Virus record (IMG/VR): IMGVR_UViG_3300044528_000009
Coordinates: 1 to 30,837 of that record
Length of the DNA stretch: 30,837 bases
Strand: one strand, 5' to 3'
Source: a virus
Lineage: Duplodnaviria; Caudoviricetes
Shown here: positions 1 through 7,651 of the stretch, one piece after another
How the letters are laid out: each line of letters begins with the position of its first letter
Numbering within the stretch: position 1 is the first letter of the stretch
Notes under the pieces: generated by a model
The model's database searches: none
What the model was told of the DNA's origin: nothing
What the model saw: only the letters and a program-made list of their open reading frames with translations
Made by a program: the position numbers and the translations under genes

Positions 1-37
1 CGCCGGGCGGCGGGAGCGGCCGGTGGGTCTCCCCCGG

Positions 38-400
38 CTAGCTCGTCGAGTCATGGCGAAGCCAAGCGTTGAGTCGTAGCCGGTCGGCGCGTCGGTGACA
101 GCGGTCGCAGCGAGCGACGAGATACTCGATCGCGTCGGGATCGGCCACGCCATCGGCGATCAGGTCACGCCGGGATCGGGGGGCATGGTCGGCCACCCCC
201 GCCACATCCCCACAATCGACGCAACGCGGTGATCGTGCGAGCAACTGCGCGCGGACGCGAAGCCAGTTGCTACCCCTTGTGCCCGTGCCTGCCCCGAGTC
301 CTGCCCGTCGTCGACATGCCGGACAGTATCCGCGCTCTCGATCGGTCACGAGGTTGGGACAACACGGTGTTGTGCATCGACGCTTCGTCGCGTTCGGCAT
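38..400 (-). CDS. HNH endonuclease (phage packaging-associated type)
   Basis: Start at MPNATKRRC (ATG at 400). N-terminal Cys cluster, then W..R..L...P.CVDC...ADH...C.RCH, the typical phage gp74-like HNH pattern. Confidence 0.8.
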   Translation of the reverse strand: MPNATKRRCTTPCCPNLVTDRERGYCPACRRRAGLGAGTGTRGSNWLRVRAQLLARSPRCVDCGDVAGVADHAPRSRRDLIADGVADPDAIEYLVARCDRCHRRADRLRLNAWLRHDSTS

Positions 401-458
401 CGTGCGAAGTGTAAGCGGGAAAGACTTACGCTGCGAACATCGAGAAGGGAGAAGTGTC

Positions 459-794
459 ATGGCTCTCTCGACGAAGCAACGCAACGCGCTTCCGAACTCA
501 GCGTTCATCGATCGAACGAACCGAAGGTTCCCCGTGCCGACGAAGGCGCAAGCGCGAGCGGCGGGGATCTCCGAGAAGCAGCGGGTGAACACCTTGCGCA
601 ATGCCCGCTCCCGGTCGGCACAGCGCCAGGCGAAGGGTGTGAAGAAGGTCACGCCCGCGATGACGAAGCGTTACGTTCGCAAGCGCGGCGCGGGTCAAGT
701 GCAGAGCGTGCTACCACACCGGTCGCAGCACCGCCGCTCTCACTCGGCCCGTCGCCGCACCACGACTCGGCGCACCCCACGTCGGCGCCGGTAG
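459..794 (+). CDS. Small very basic protein, DUF6582-like N-terminus with Arg-rich tail
   Basis: RBS GAAGGGA before ATG 459. LSTKQRNALPNSAF..RRFP resembles DUF6582. C-terminus RRSHSARRRTTTRRTPRRRR. Confidence 0.65.
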   Translation: MALSTKQRNALPNSAFIDRTNRRFPVPTKAQARAAGISEKQRVNTLRNARSRSAQRQAKGVKKVTPAMTKRYVRKRGAGQVQSVLPHRSQHRRSHSARRRTTTRRTPRRRR

Positions 795-812
795 CGCGCC
801 AACCCCCAGGGT

Positions 813-828
813 TGTTAGACGTCTATCA
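813..828. promoter_or_regulatory. 16-bp dispersed operator/parS-like site, copy 1
   Basis: TGTTAGACGTCTATCA. Confidence 0.85.
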
Positions 829-834
829 GTACGC

Positions 835-872
835 GGCAGTGCCCCGACGCTAACGGCCGTCGGGGCACTGCC
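835..872. terminator. Probable bidirectional terminator hairpin between convergent genes
   Basis: Perfect 15-bp stem GGCAGTGCCCCGACG/CGTCGGGGCACTGCC with 8-nt loop; no U-tract. Confidence 0.55.
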
Positions 873-960
873 TACTCTGTCCGAGGATCGAAGCGCTGAC
901 CGCAATGACCTGCTCCCATGACGAATGAACGCAGATGCGCGCCACCTCGACATGCTCGGC

Positions 961-1299
961 TCAGAGGTTCTCGGTTGCGGACATCATCCGCACGATCGGG
1001 GACGGCGCGTCGCCGCCGTTGATCTCGACGATCTCGATTGTGTACGCAGTCAACGGCCGGTTCGGTTTGCCGTCGCGGCGCCACGGTCGCACGGTCGATT
1101 GCGCGCGCCAGCGTCGCATCGCATCGGCCGGGATGTTGAAGCGCAGCGCGTGCGTCTTGTCGGGTGTCCACACTGCGGCGCCCCGGCCTTCGTACGCGTC
1201 GGGGTCGTACTGCGAGAGCCAGTCGCCGGGGTGCGGGCGCACGTCGTACGGATTGAGATCGATGCCTTCGAGCCGCACGAGGCGAATACCGTAGCTCAC
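961..1299 (-). CDS. Hypothetical protein
   Basis: 112-aa ORF; GTG start overlaps the upstream stop (GTGA). Confidence 0.65.
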   Translation of the reverse strand: MSYGIRLVRLEGIDLNPYDVRPHPGDWLSQYDPDAYEGRGAAVWTPDKTHALRFNIPADAMRRWRAQSTVRPWRRDGKPNRPLTAYTIEIVEINGGDAPSPIVRMMSATENL

Positions 1300-1472
1300 T
1301 GCTCGATCCGATCGATGACGTCGAGTGCTTCCCGCAACGCTTCGACGCGCACTGCGCTCGCCGTGCGTTGATACTGCCGTCTCGCGTTCTTGGCGCGCAC
1401 TTCGGCTTCACACATCAGACCGAACACTTGCCGTTTCGCTTCTTCCTTGGTGATCGTGCGCGTGTCCGTCAC
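1296..1472 (-). CDS. Hypothetical protein (58 aa, helical)
   Basis: GTGA overlaps at both ends; TDTRTITKEEAKRQVFGLM... Confidence 0.6.
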   Translation of the reverse strand: MTDTRTITKEEAKRQVFGLMCEAEVRAKNARRQYQRTASAVRVEALREALDVIDRIEQ

Positions 1473-1726
1473 GATGCGAGCCCCCATCCGTCGACGAGCC
1501 GCGACTCCTTGCCGTGCCACATCACGGTGACGACATCGCCGGTACGCGTGTTGTACGGGACGGCAAGTCGCCCGCTCACGACGACGATGACGTCGGGACT
1601 CGCGCTCGGATACTCGATGCGCTCGGGATCGTTGAGCACGCGCTTGACTTCCTTTGTCGGCACGCCCATCTCGACGCACCGTTGTCGCGCATGCCGGGAC
1701 ATGCGCAACGTCGTTCGTTGCTTCAT
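1469..1726 (-). CDS. DUF4258-like protein (putative RelE/BrnT-like RNase fold)
   Basis: SRHARQRCVEMGV..EV..VL.DP...VVTVM pattern. Confidence 0.65.
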   Translation of the reverse strand: MKQRTTLRMSRHARQRCVEMGVPTKEVKRVLNDPERIEYPSASPDVIVVVSGRLAVPYNTRTGDVVTVMWHGKESRLVDGWGLAS

Positions 1727-1938
1727 AACGTTTCACTCCTTGTCGTGAGCGCGGCTGCCACGCCGTCGCGGATCGCGGTGAGGATCTCGCCGGGGCGCGG
1801 CATCGCGTTGATGATTGCGTTCTCGATGCCGTCGGCGATGCCCGACTGCATCGCGTCGCGCATCGCCTCGATGAATGCGTCGCTGCGCAGCATCTCGCCG
1901 ACGACTTCGAGATCGCGTTGCACTTGCTCAGGTGTCAC
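1723..1938 (-). CDS. Hypothetical protein
   Basis: Translationally coupled to both neighbours (GTGA/ATGA overlaps). Confidence 0.6.
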   Translation of the reverse strand: MTPEQVQRDLEVVGEMLRSDAFIEAMRDAMQSGIADGIENAIINAMPRPGEILTAIRDGVAAALTTRSETL

Positions 1939-2144
1939 TCGACCCACTCCCCGACGGCGGCAGCGACCGCTTCGGTGAGCGAGAGATCTTCGGTGATCGC
2001 CTTGATGCGTAGCTGCCGGTGCAGGTGCGCCGGGAGCGACACGTTGATCGAGACCCGAGCCCCGTCGCCCGTGACGGGCTTGTCCGTGCCCGTGGCGAGC
2101 TTCGAGGCGGGGGTGCGCTTGCTGGTACTGGTTCGATTAGCCAT
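1935..2144 (-). CDS. Ribbon-helix-helix DNA-binding protein (ParG/CopG-like)
   Basis: 69 aa: unstructured N-tail, then RVSINVSLPAHLHRQLRIKA..EDLSLTEAVAAAVGEW. Confidence 0.8.
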   Translation of the reverse strand: MANRTSTSKRTPASKLATGTDKPVTGDGARVSINVSLPAHLHRQLRIKAITEDLSLTEAVAAAVGEWVE

Positions 2145-2161
2145 GCCCAGGAGCATACCCG

Positions 2162-2183
2162 AAATGTGACATCCGTCACAACT
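2162..2183. promoter_or_regulatory. CRP/GlxR-like palindrome TGTGA-N6-TCACA
   Basis: AAATGTGACATCCGTCACAACT directly upstream of the RHH gene. Confidence 0.5.
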
Positions 2184-2198
2184 AGGGGATCTAGGGCA

Positions 2199-2214
2199 TG
2201 TTAGACGTCTATCT
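2199..2214. promoter_or_regulatory. 16-bp dispersed site, copy 2
   Basis: TGTTAGACGTCTATCT. Confidence 0.85.
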
Positions 2215-2964
2215 GGGGTATGATCTCTATGGAAGCGAAGGGGCTCCACGAGCAAGGAGTCAAGCCCCCCGCCTGCGATCCGGCCCCCAGGTAGCGATGG
2301 ACCGGCGTGTGAGGCTCCATGAGCAGCGCAGCACGATCGTCCGCACGGATTCCAAGCCGAGGCGGGGAGCGACCGGCGAAGCGGGCTCCACGAGATGGGA
2401 CGCAAGCAGAGCCCAGGTAGCCGGAATCCCACGTAGCGCCTGCGTGGGGAGGGAGCGTCGCTACGCACGAGCGCAGCGCCAGACTCGGACGGCGTGACCT
2501 TCGGTCGAGCGATCGACCGGGAGCAAGGCGGCGATTGCGCGCAGCGAACGCCGAGCGAGCCGAACCTCAGAAGTCGGCCACTCGCTCGGACAACTCGCAA
2601 GCAGCGCGTGTCTCGCATGGCGGCTCTCGACACCCGAGCGCAACAACGGACCGAAGGCGGGTGACTCGCTCCCCGGCAAGCAAGCGAGAACGCAATCCGA
2701 ACCACCAACTTGATCGGTTCTAGTGAGTACGGGCAGCGCTTCGACGCTGAGCTACCGATCGTCCCGGCATCGCAGACTAACGGCTGCACGGCACGCGTCA
2801 CGCGTGTCGTTCTCACGGCGGATTGCAACGAACACCCGGCGCTCGCAACGAGCGTCGGCGGTGTTCGGCGAGCGCATCGATCACGGCTCGCATTTTGCAG
2901 CGGCTCACCACACCCGATCACTGCGACTGATCGATGCGCTCACCGAACATCGAACGATGTTCGA

Positions 2965-2980
2965 CGATAGACGTCTAACA
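2965..2980. promoter_or_regulatory. 16-bp dispersed site, copy 3
   Basis: CGATAGACGTCTAACA, just before the RBS of the first plus-strand gene. Confidence 0.85.
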
Positions 2981-2999
2981 CCCACGGAGTAACATACCG

Positions 3000-3143
3000 A
3001 TGAGCACCACACTTCACATCCTCAATCACGCACTCCCCGAAGCGCACGAAGTCACCCACGGCGACATCGAGCACTTCGTAATCGCAGCGATTGCGCTCGC
3101 AGTCGCTCACTTCTTCACGCACCGAAAGGAAGTGCACGCATGA
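3000..3143 (+). CDS. Small His-rich peptide with hydrophobic segment (47 aa)
   Basis: Hand-translated MSTTLHILNHALPEAHEVTHGDIEHFVIAAIALAVAHFFTHRKEVHA; GGAG RBS; ATGA overlap with the next gene. Not in the ORF track. Confidence 0.55.
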   Translation: MSTTLHILNHALPEAHEVTHGDIEHFVIAAIALAVAHFFTHRKEVHA

Positions 3144-3292
3144 CGAAGTTCAAGATCGGCGAAACGGTTTACGCGCACGGCGAACCCGCCGTCGTGAAGT
3201 TCCTCGCGCCGGGCGGCGAAGCAATCGTCGTCGAGTACGCGGACGGCAAGAAGTTCTTCGAGTACGCGCACCTGCTCGTGCTCGCCGCGTGA
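3140..3292 (+). CDS. Small beta-rich (SH3-like) hypothetical protein (50 aa)
   Basis: Hand-translated MTKFKIGETVYAHGEPAVVKFLAPGGEAIVVEYADGKKFFEYAHLLVLAA; GAAAGGAAG RBS; stop is the TGA of structured repeat copy 1. Confidence 0.7.
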   Translation: MTKFKIGETVYAHGEPAVVKFLAPGGEAIVVEYADGKKFFEYAHLLVLAA

Positions 3293-3370
3293 CGTTCAGC
3301 GAGTGTCGCACCGGTCAGTCACGATCGGTGCGACGTTCGGTGCACGAGCACCACGAACCAAACGAAAGGA
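3289..3370 (+). repeat. Structured intergenic repeat, copy 1
   Basis: GTGACGTTCAGCGAG-TGTCGCACCGGTC-loop-GATCGGTGCGACG-TTCGGTGCACGAGCACC...ACGAAAGGA. Confidence 0.9.
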
Positions 3371-3376
3371 AATGAC

Positions 3377-4093
3377 ATGGCAACCAACCCGAAGATCGGG
3401 GACGTCAGTGACGTCATTGATGCCTTGCAGTCGATCGAGAACGAGAATGACCGCTGGCATCTCGCCGAGTTGCTCAAGGTGAAAGTGCCGAACGGCGACG
3501 ACGGCTTCGACGAGATCATCGCCGAAGCCGAAGCGGCCGGTATCACGAAGAGCTTGAGCGTCACCACGCTTCGGCTCTACCGCGACACCGCGAAGCGCTG
3601 GCCCGCCGACAAGCGGATACCGGGATTGAACTTCTCGGTACACCGCGAGGTACTGCCGCTCATCGCGGCCGACGGCAACACGAACGTTGCGACGCGCGTG
3701 TTGCGTGACGTCGAGCGCACGGCGAAGAAGGAGCACGAGAAGGTGACGGTTGCTCGGGTGCGTGCCGCAGTACGCATCGAGCGCAAGATGCCGCCGCCGA
3801 AGACGACGGATGCCGCGGCGAAGGCGGCATTCGATGCGCTGCACGACTTGCAGCACGGAGCACCGAAGCTGATCGCTGCGATCGGTTCCGGCACCGACGC
3901 CGACGCGTTGAGCAAGCTGCACGACGGCTTGACGAAGACGCTCGGTCACGTCGACAAGCTGCGTGCCCGGCGTGCACAGAAGGCCGCGGCCAAGAAGACC
4001 GCGGCCGCTCCGAAGCCCGCTGCACCGAAGGCAGCGGCACCGACTGCGAAGAAGGCGCCCGCCAAGAAGCGGGGCAACCTCCGCGGTCTCTAG
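3377..4093 (+). CDS. Putative DNA-binding protein with histone H1/HupB-like C-terminal tail
   Basis: HTH-like N-half (RWHLAELL...LSVTTLRLYRD...LNFSVHREV) and an AAKK/PKAA-rich tail; strong RBS. Confidence 0.65.
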   Translation: MATNPKIGDVSDVIDALQSIENENDRWHLAELLKVKVPNGDDGFDEIIAEAEAAGITKSLSVTTLRLYRDTAKRWPADKRIPGLNFSVHREVLPLIAADGNTNVATRVLRDVERTAKKEHEKVTVARVRAAVRIERKMPPPKTTDAAAKAAFDALHDLQHGAPKLIAAIGSGTDADALSKLHDGLTKTLGHVDKLRARRAQKAAAKKTAAAPKPAAPKAAAPTAKKAPAKKRGNLRGL

Positions 4094-4102
4094 GTGAACG
4101 CA

Positions 4103-4180
4103 GTGACGTTCAGCGAGTCCCGCACCGGTCACACGATCGGTGCGGGGTTCGGTGCACGAGCACCACACTCAACGAAAGGA
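4103..4180 (+). repeat. Structured intergenic repeat, copy 2
   Basis: GTGACGTTCAGCGAG-TCCCGCACCGGTC-ACAC-GATCGGTGCGGGG-TTCGGTGCACGAGCACC...ACGAAAGGA. Confidence 0.9.
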
Positions 4181-4188
4181 ACGAAGCA

Positions 4189-5115
4189 ATGACAGTGACC
4201 TTCAATCTCGAAACTGTCCCGATCGAAGACCGGGCTCGTGTCGCGGGCTTGATCCCCGACCCGAAAGTTGCCGAGGGTTACGTGCACCGCTCGATCCGCG
4301 GTGTCGAAGACTTCGACCTGCTCGACTACGCGATCCAGCGCGAGAAGAACGTGCTGCTTGCCGGGCCGACCGGCAGCGCCAAAACGACGTTGTTCCGTGC
4401 GTACGCCGCGAGCCGGGGGTTGCCCTTCGTCATCGTCGAGTCGAACGCGGCGATGGACCCCGGCGTCGTGATCGGTCGCACCACGATCGAAGCCGACGTC
4501 GAAGGCAACGCGGTCGCCAAGTTCGTCGACGGCGACATGACGCTCGTCGTCCGGTACGGCGGTGTCGTGCTGATCGACGAGATCAACATGGCGCACCCGC
4601 GGATCACCGCGGCATGGCATCAGTTGCTCTCGGTGGCACGGCGCATGTCGGTGCCCGAGAACGGCGAAGTGATTCACGCCGGGTACGGCGGTGTCGAGTA
4701 CGACCCCGTAACCGGTGAAGCACTCACCGAGCCGCAACCGTTCTTCGCGACGTCGGCGTACAACCCCGGCTATCAGGGCGGGGTTCGACTGAACGAAGCG
4801 TTGAACAACCGGTTCCCGGTGCACATCGACTGGGATTACGACCACGACGTCGAAGCGCAGTTGCTCGACTCGCGTCACCTCTTGGAGATGGCCGAAATGA
4901 TTCGGTCGCTCCCCGAGATCCGCACACCCGTCTCGACGAACTCGCTGCAAGAGTTCGAGGAACACGCGACGGAGCTTGGCATCGAAGTCGCCGAAGAGTT
5001 GTTCGTGTACCGGTTCCCGCCCGAAGAGCGGGGCGCGGTGCGCAACGCGCTCGAAGCGAACCGTGACGTGATCGCCGCCGAACTCGAAGGTGTCGATGCC
5101 GACGACGACGAGTGA
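4189..5115 (+). CDS. MoxR/CbbQ/CobS-like AAA+ ATPase
   Basis: Walker A GPTGSAKT, Walker B VVLIDEIN, NPGYQG..LNEALNNRF. Confidence 0.9.
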   Translation: MTVTFNLETVPIEDRARVAGLIPDPKVAEGYVHRSIRGVEDFDLLDYAIQREKNVLLAGPTGSAKTTLFRAYAASRGLPFVIVESNAAMDPGVVIGRTTIEADVEGNAVAKFVDGDMTLVVRYGGVVLIDEINMAHPRITAAWHQLLSVARRMSVPENGEVIHAGYGGVEYDPVTGEALTEPQPFFATSAYNPGYQGGVRLNEALNNRFPVHIDWDYDHDVEAQLLDSRHLLEMAEMIRSLPEIRTPVSTNSLQEFEEHATELGIEVAEELFVYRFPPEERGAVRNALEANRDVIAAELEGVDADDDE

Positions 5116-5118
5116 CGA

Positions 5119-5134
5119 TGATAGACGTCTAACA
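5119..5134. promoter_or_regulatory. 16-bp dispersed site, copy 4
   Basis: TGATAGACGTCTAACA, 3 nt after the AAA stop codon. Confidence 0.85.
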
Positions 5135-5262
5135 ATCAGAAGGGTGCGAAGCACTCGCACCCTTCGCACGAGTGCAGCTATCCTTAGTGATGCTGCGCTC
5201 ATGCGAACCCCGAGGCAAGTCGCTTCGAGGTTCTGGCAAGCAAGCGAAAGGAAGTGAGCACA

Positions 5263-7224
5263 ATGACTGCACAACGGCGAGGCGAAACGCACGTCAATCT
5301 CGACGTGAAGACCGTGCCGCCGAAGGAACTCCTTCGAGTGCAGCGCTTGGCCCGTGAGCTTCGGCTCACCGATCAGATCCTCTCGATCGACGTTGACGCG
5401 TTGCGTATCGAGAAGACCGGCCCGGCGCCCGCATGGACAACGCTCGAAGGCGACACGATCTCATTCGCATACGCGTCGATGCCGAAGCCGACAACCCGGT
5501 TCGACATCGCAGTGTGGCTCGGGACGAACGCGCACGAGCTAGGGCACGTTCTCTACTCACCGCGCAAGGGTTCGACACTGATGTACCGAGTGCTCGAAGC
5601 CGATCGAAGCTATGTGCCGGGCATCGCAATGCTCGCGAACATCGCCGAAGATCAACGGCAGGAGCGCTTGATCCTCACGCGGTTCGCTCCGTGGCGCGGC
5701 TACTTGACGGCTGCGCTTGCGCATCACCTCTCGCCGACGGGCGAAACGGCTTGGCTCTTGATGACCGGTCGCACTTGGCTCCCCGACGACGTGCGTGCAC
5801 AAGCGAAGGCGAACATGATCCGCGTGCACGGTCAGCACATCACCGACGAGGTGACGCGGCTGATCGGCGAGTACCAGCGACTTCTCGACCCCGGCGAAAC
5901 CGAAGTCGAAGAAGCGTGGAACATCCTGCACGAGCTTCACGCGTTGTTCGCCGACGACATGCCGAAGCTGCCGAAGGGCTGCCAGGTCATCGACGGCGGC
6001 GAGCCCGACACCGACGAGGTGGAAGGCACCGAGGCACCGCGGACGGCCGACGAAGCCGACGCCGACGACACCGACGACGGTGACGACGACGACAGCGACG
6101 ACGGTGCGAGCGGCGACGGCACCGACGAAGACGACGACGACACTGACGGCGGCGGCGAGTCCGCCGACGAAGGTGACGACAACGGCGACGAAGGTGACGA
6201 AGGTGACGGCGGCGCAAGCGCGACCGACAGCAACGACGACAGCAACGCAACCGAACGCGACGGTGCACGCACCGACACGAGCGGCGGCGGCGCTGGCTCG
6301 GAGCACGTCGAGCGCAAGCGCGACAACGACAAGCCGATCACCCGCGACGACGTTCGTCGTGCATTGACGGAAGCGGCGACCGAAGCGATCAACGACAACG
6401 ATCGCGCTCGGGAGGATCTCGACACGATCATCGACGCGCTCGACCACGGGCGCGGCGGCGACGCGGCCGAGGGCGACGAGAAGCAAGGCACGTTCGTCGA
6501 TGCGACCGACACGGCACGGCAGCTTCACCGCGAGGTGAGCGACGCACTGCTCGATCTCAAGGATGAGACCGAAGCGGGTTGGCTCAAGCGCGTTGACGGC
6601 GGTCGCCTCAACGTGCGGCGGCTGATGAACCCGAACGTTGATTACGACGAACTCTTCGATCGTTACGACCCCGGCATGATGGACAGCACCGAGCTTGAAG
6701 TCGTGTTGCTGCTCGACGTGAGCGGCTCGATGATGGGCGCGACCCATCGTCTCGCCGAAGCAACGTGGGCGATCCGGTCGGCCGTCGACGATCTCGAAGG
6801 TTCGACCACCGTGTTTGCCTTCGAGGCGGATCGGCACCAGGTGCTTGCGAACACGAACGACCGTGTTGACGGTCGCATGTTCGTGCCCGACGCACTGGGT
6901 GGCACCGACCCGACGAGCGCACTGAACGAGACGTTCCGTGTCGTCGCCGGGAGTGAGGTGAAGAACCGGCTCGTCATCATCTTGACCGATGGTGAGTGGT
7001 ACGGCACGAGCGCCGACCGCGTGATCGATGCGCTGAACGCGCAAGGCATCACGACGGTACTCGCCCGGCTCGACAACGGTTACAGCAAGCAGCTTGCTGC
7101 GCTGCACCCGGATCGTGCCCCGCGGGATCACGGCGCGACGTTCGCGGCCGACATCAACGACCCGAGCGATCTCGCCCGGCTGTTCCGTCGGGTTGCGACC
7201 GAGCGGTTCAAGTCATGGCGGTGA
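5263..7224 (+). CDS. vWA-domain protein (CobT-like) with N-terminal HExxH metallopeptidase-like domain
   Basis: NAHELGH and NIAEDQRQE, long Asp/Gly linker, MIDAS LLDVSGSM...GGTDP...ILTDG; RBS AAAGGAAG before ATG 5263. Confidence 0.85.
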   Translation: MTAQRRGETHVNLDVKTVPPKELLRVQRLARELRLTDQILSIDVDALRIEKTGPAPAWTTLEGDTISFAYASMPKPTTRFDIAVWLGTNAHELGHVLYSPRKGSTLMYRVLEADRSYVPGIAMLANIAEDQRQERLILTRFAPWRGYLTAALAHHLSPTGETAWLLMTGRTWLPDDVRAQAKANMIRVHGQHITDEVTRLIGEYQRLLDPGETEVEEAWNILHELHALFADDMPKLPKGCQVIDGGEPDTDEVEGTEAPRTADEADADDTDDGDDDDSDDGASGDGTDEDDDDTDGGGESADEGDDNGDEGDEGDGGASATDSNDDSNATERDGARTDTSGGGAGSEHVERKRDNDKPITRDDVRRALTEAATEAINDNDRAREDLDTIIDALDHGRGGDAAEGDEKQGTFVDATDTARQLHREVSDALLDLKDETEAGWLKRVDGGRLNVRRLMNPNVDYDELFDRYDPGMMDSTELEVVLLLDVSGSMMGATHRLAEATWAIRSAVDDLEGSTTVFAFEADRHQVLANTNDRVDGRMFVPDALGGTDPTSALNETFRVVAGSEVKNRLVIILTDGEWYGTSADRVIDALNAQGITTVLARLDNGYSKQLAALHPDRAPRDHGATFAADINDPSDLARLFRRVATERFKSWR

Positions 7225-7297
7225 CGTTCAGCGAGTCCCGCACCGGTCGCGAGATCGGTGCGGGGTTCGGTGCACACGCACCACGACAACGAAAGGA
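7221..7297 (+). repeat. Structured intergenic repeat, copy 3
   Basis: Same element; its TGA is the vWA gene stop codon. Confidence 0.9.
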
Positions 7298-7304
7298 AAT
7301 GACC

Positions 7305-7421
7305 ATGCGCGAAGTAAAAGCACGGTGCCGATTCTGCGGCGCGCGCGTCACCTACTTCGGGAACGTCTGCGTGCGTTGCGCACCGGAGCACCCGGAGTTC
7401 GAGCCCGAGCAAGTGGGGTGA
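7305..7421 (+). CDS. Small zinc-finger protein (38 aa)
   Basis: MREVKARCRFCG...CVRC; RBS supplied by the repeat. Confidence 0.6.
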   Translation: MREVKARCRFCGARVTYFGNVCVRCAPEHPEFEPEQVG

Positions 7422-7489
7422 CGACATGGCATCGAACTACCGAATCAGAGCAACGAGTCGCAGTCAAGAAGCAAAGGAGCGTGATCGCA

Positions 7490-7651
7490 ATGCGTGATCT
7501 CGACGAGATCGTGTACGGGAACATGACCGACCGTGCACTAATCGAAGAAGCAAAGAAGATGGTCGTGTCGCAGTCGTTCAGTGAGAGCGCGCGGCGCGCC
7601 GTCGTGTACGAGCTTCGCCGCCGCGGGCTCACGAAAGGAGCAAGCCAGTGA
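7490..7651 (+). CDS. Hypothetical protein
   Basis: AAAGGAG RBS; MRDLDEIVYGNM...; start could be 7418 or 7481. Confidence 0.55.
   Translation: MRDLDEIVYGNMTDRALIEEAKKMVVSQSFSESARRAVVYELRRRGLTKGASQ

Noticed and set aside
2145-2921. 328-aa ORF 1935-2921 as one long protein
   Set aside because: Only the last 69 codons look like a protein (RHH). The upstream part is Arg/Ser/Cys-rich noise crossing regulatory motifs.
6040-6260. GACGAC-rich low-complexity tract
   Set aside because: Explained by the Asp/Gly linker of the vWA protein.
4189-7224. cobS/cobT cobalamin biosynthesis genes
   Set aside because: No cobN or other cob genes; the generic MoxR-vWA architecture explains the similarity.
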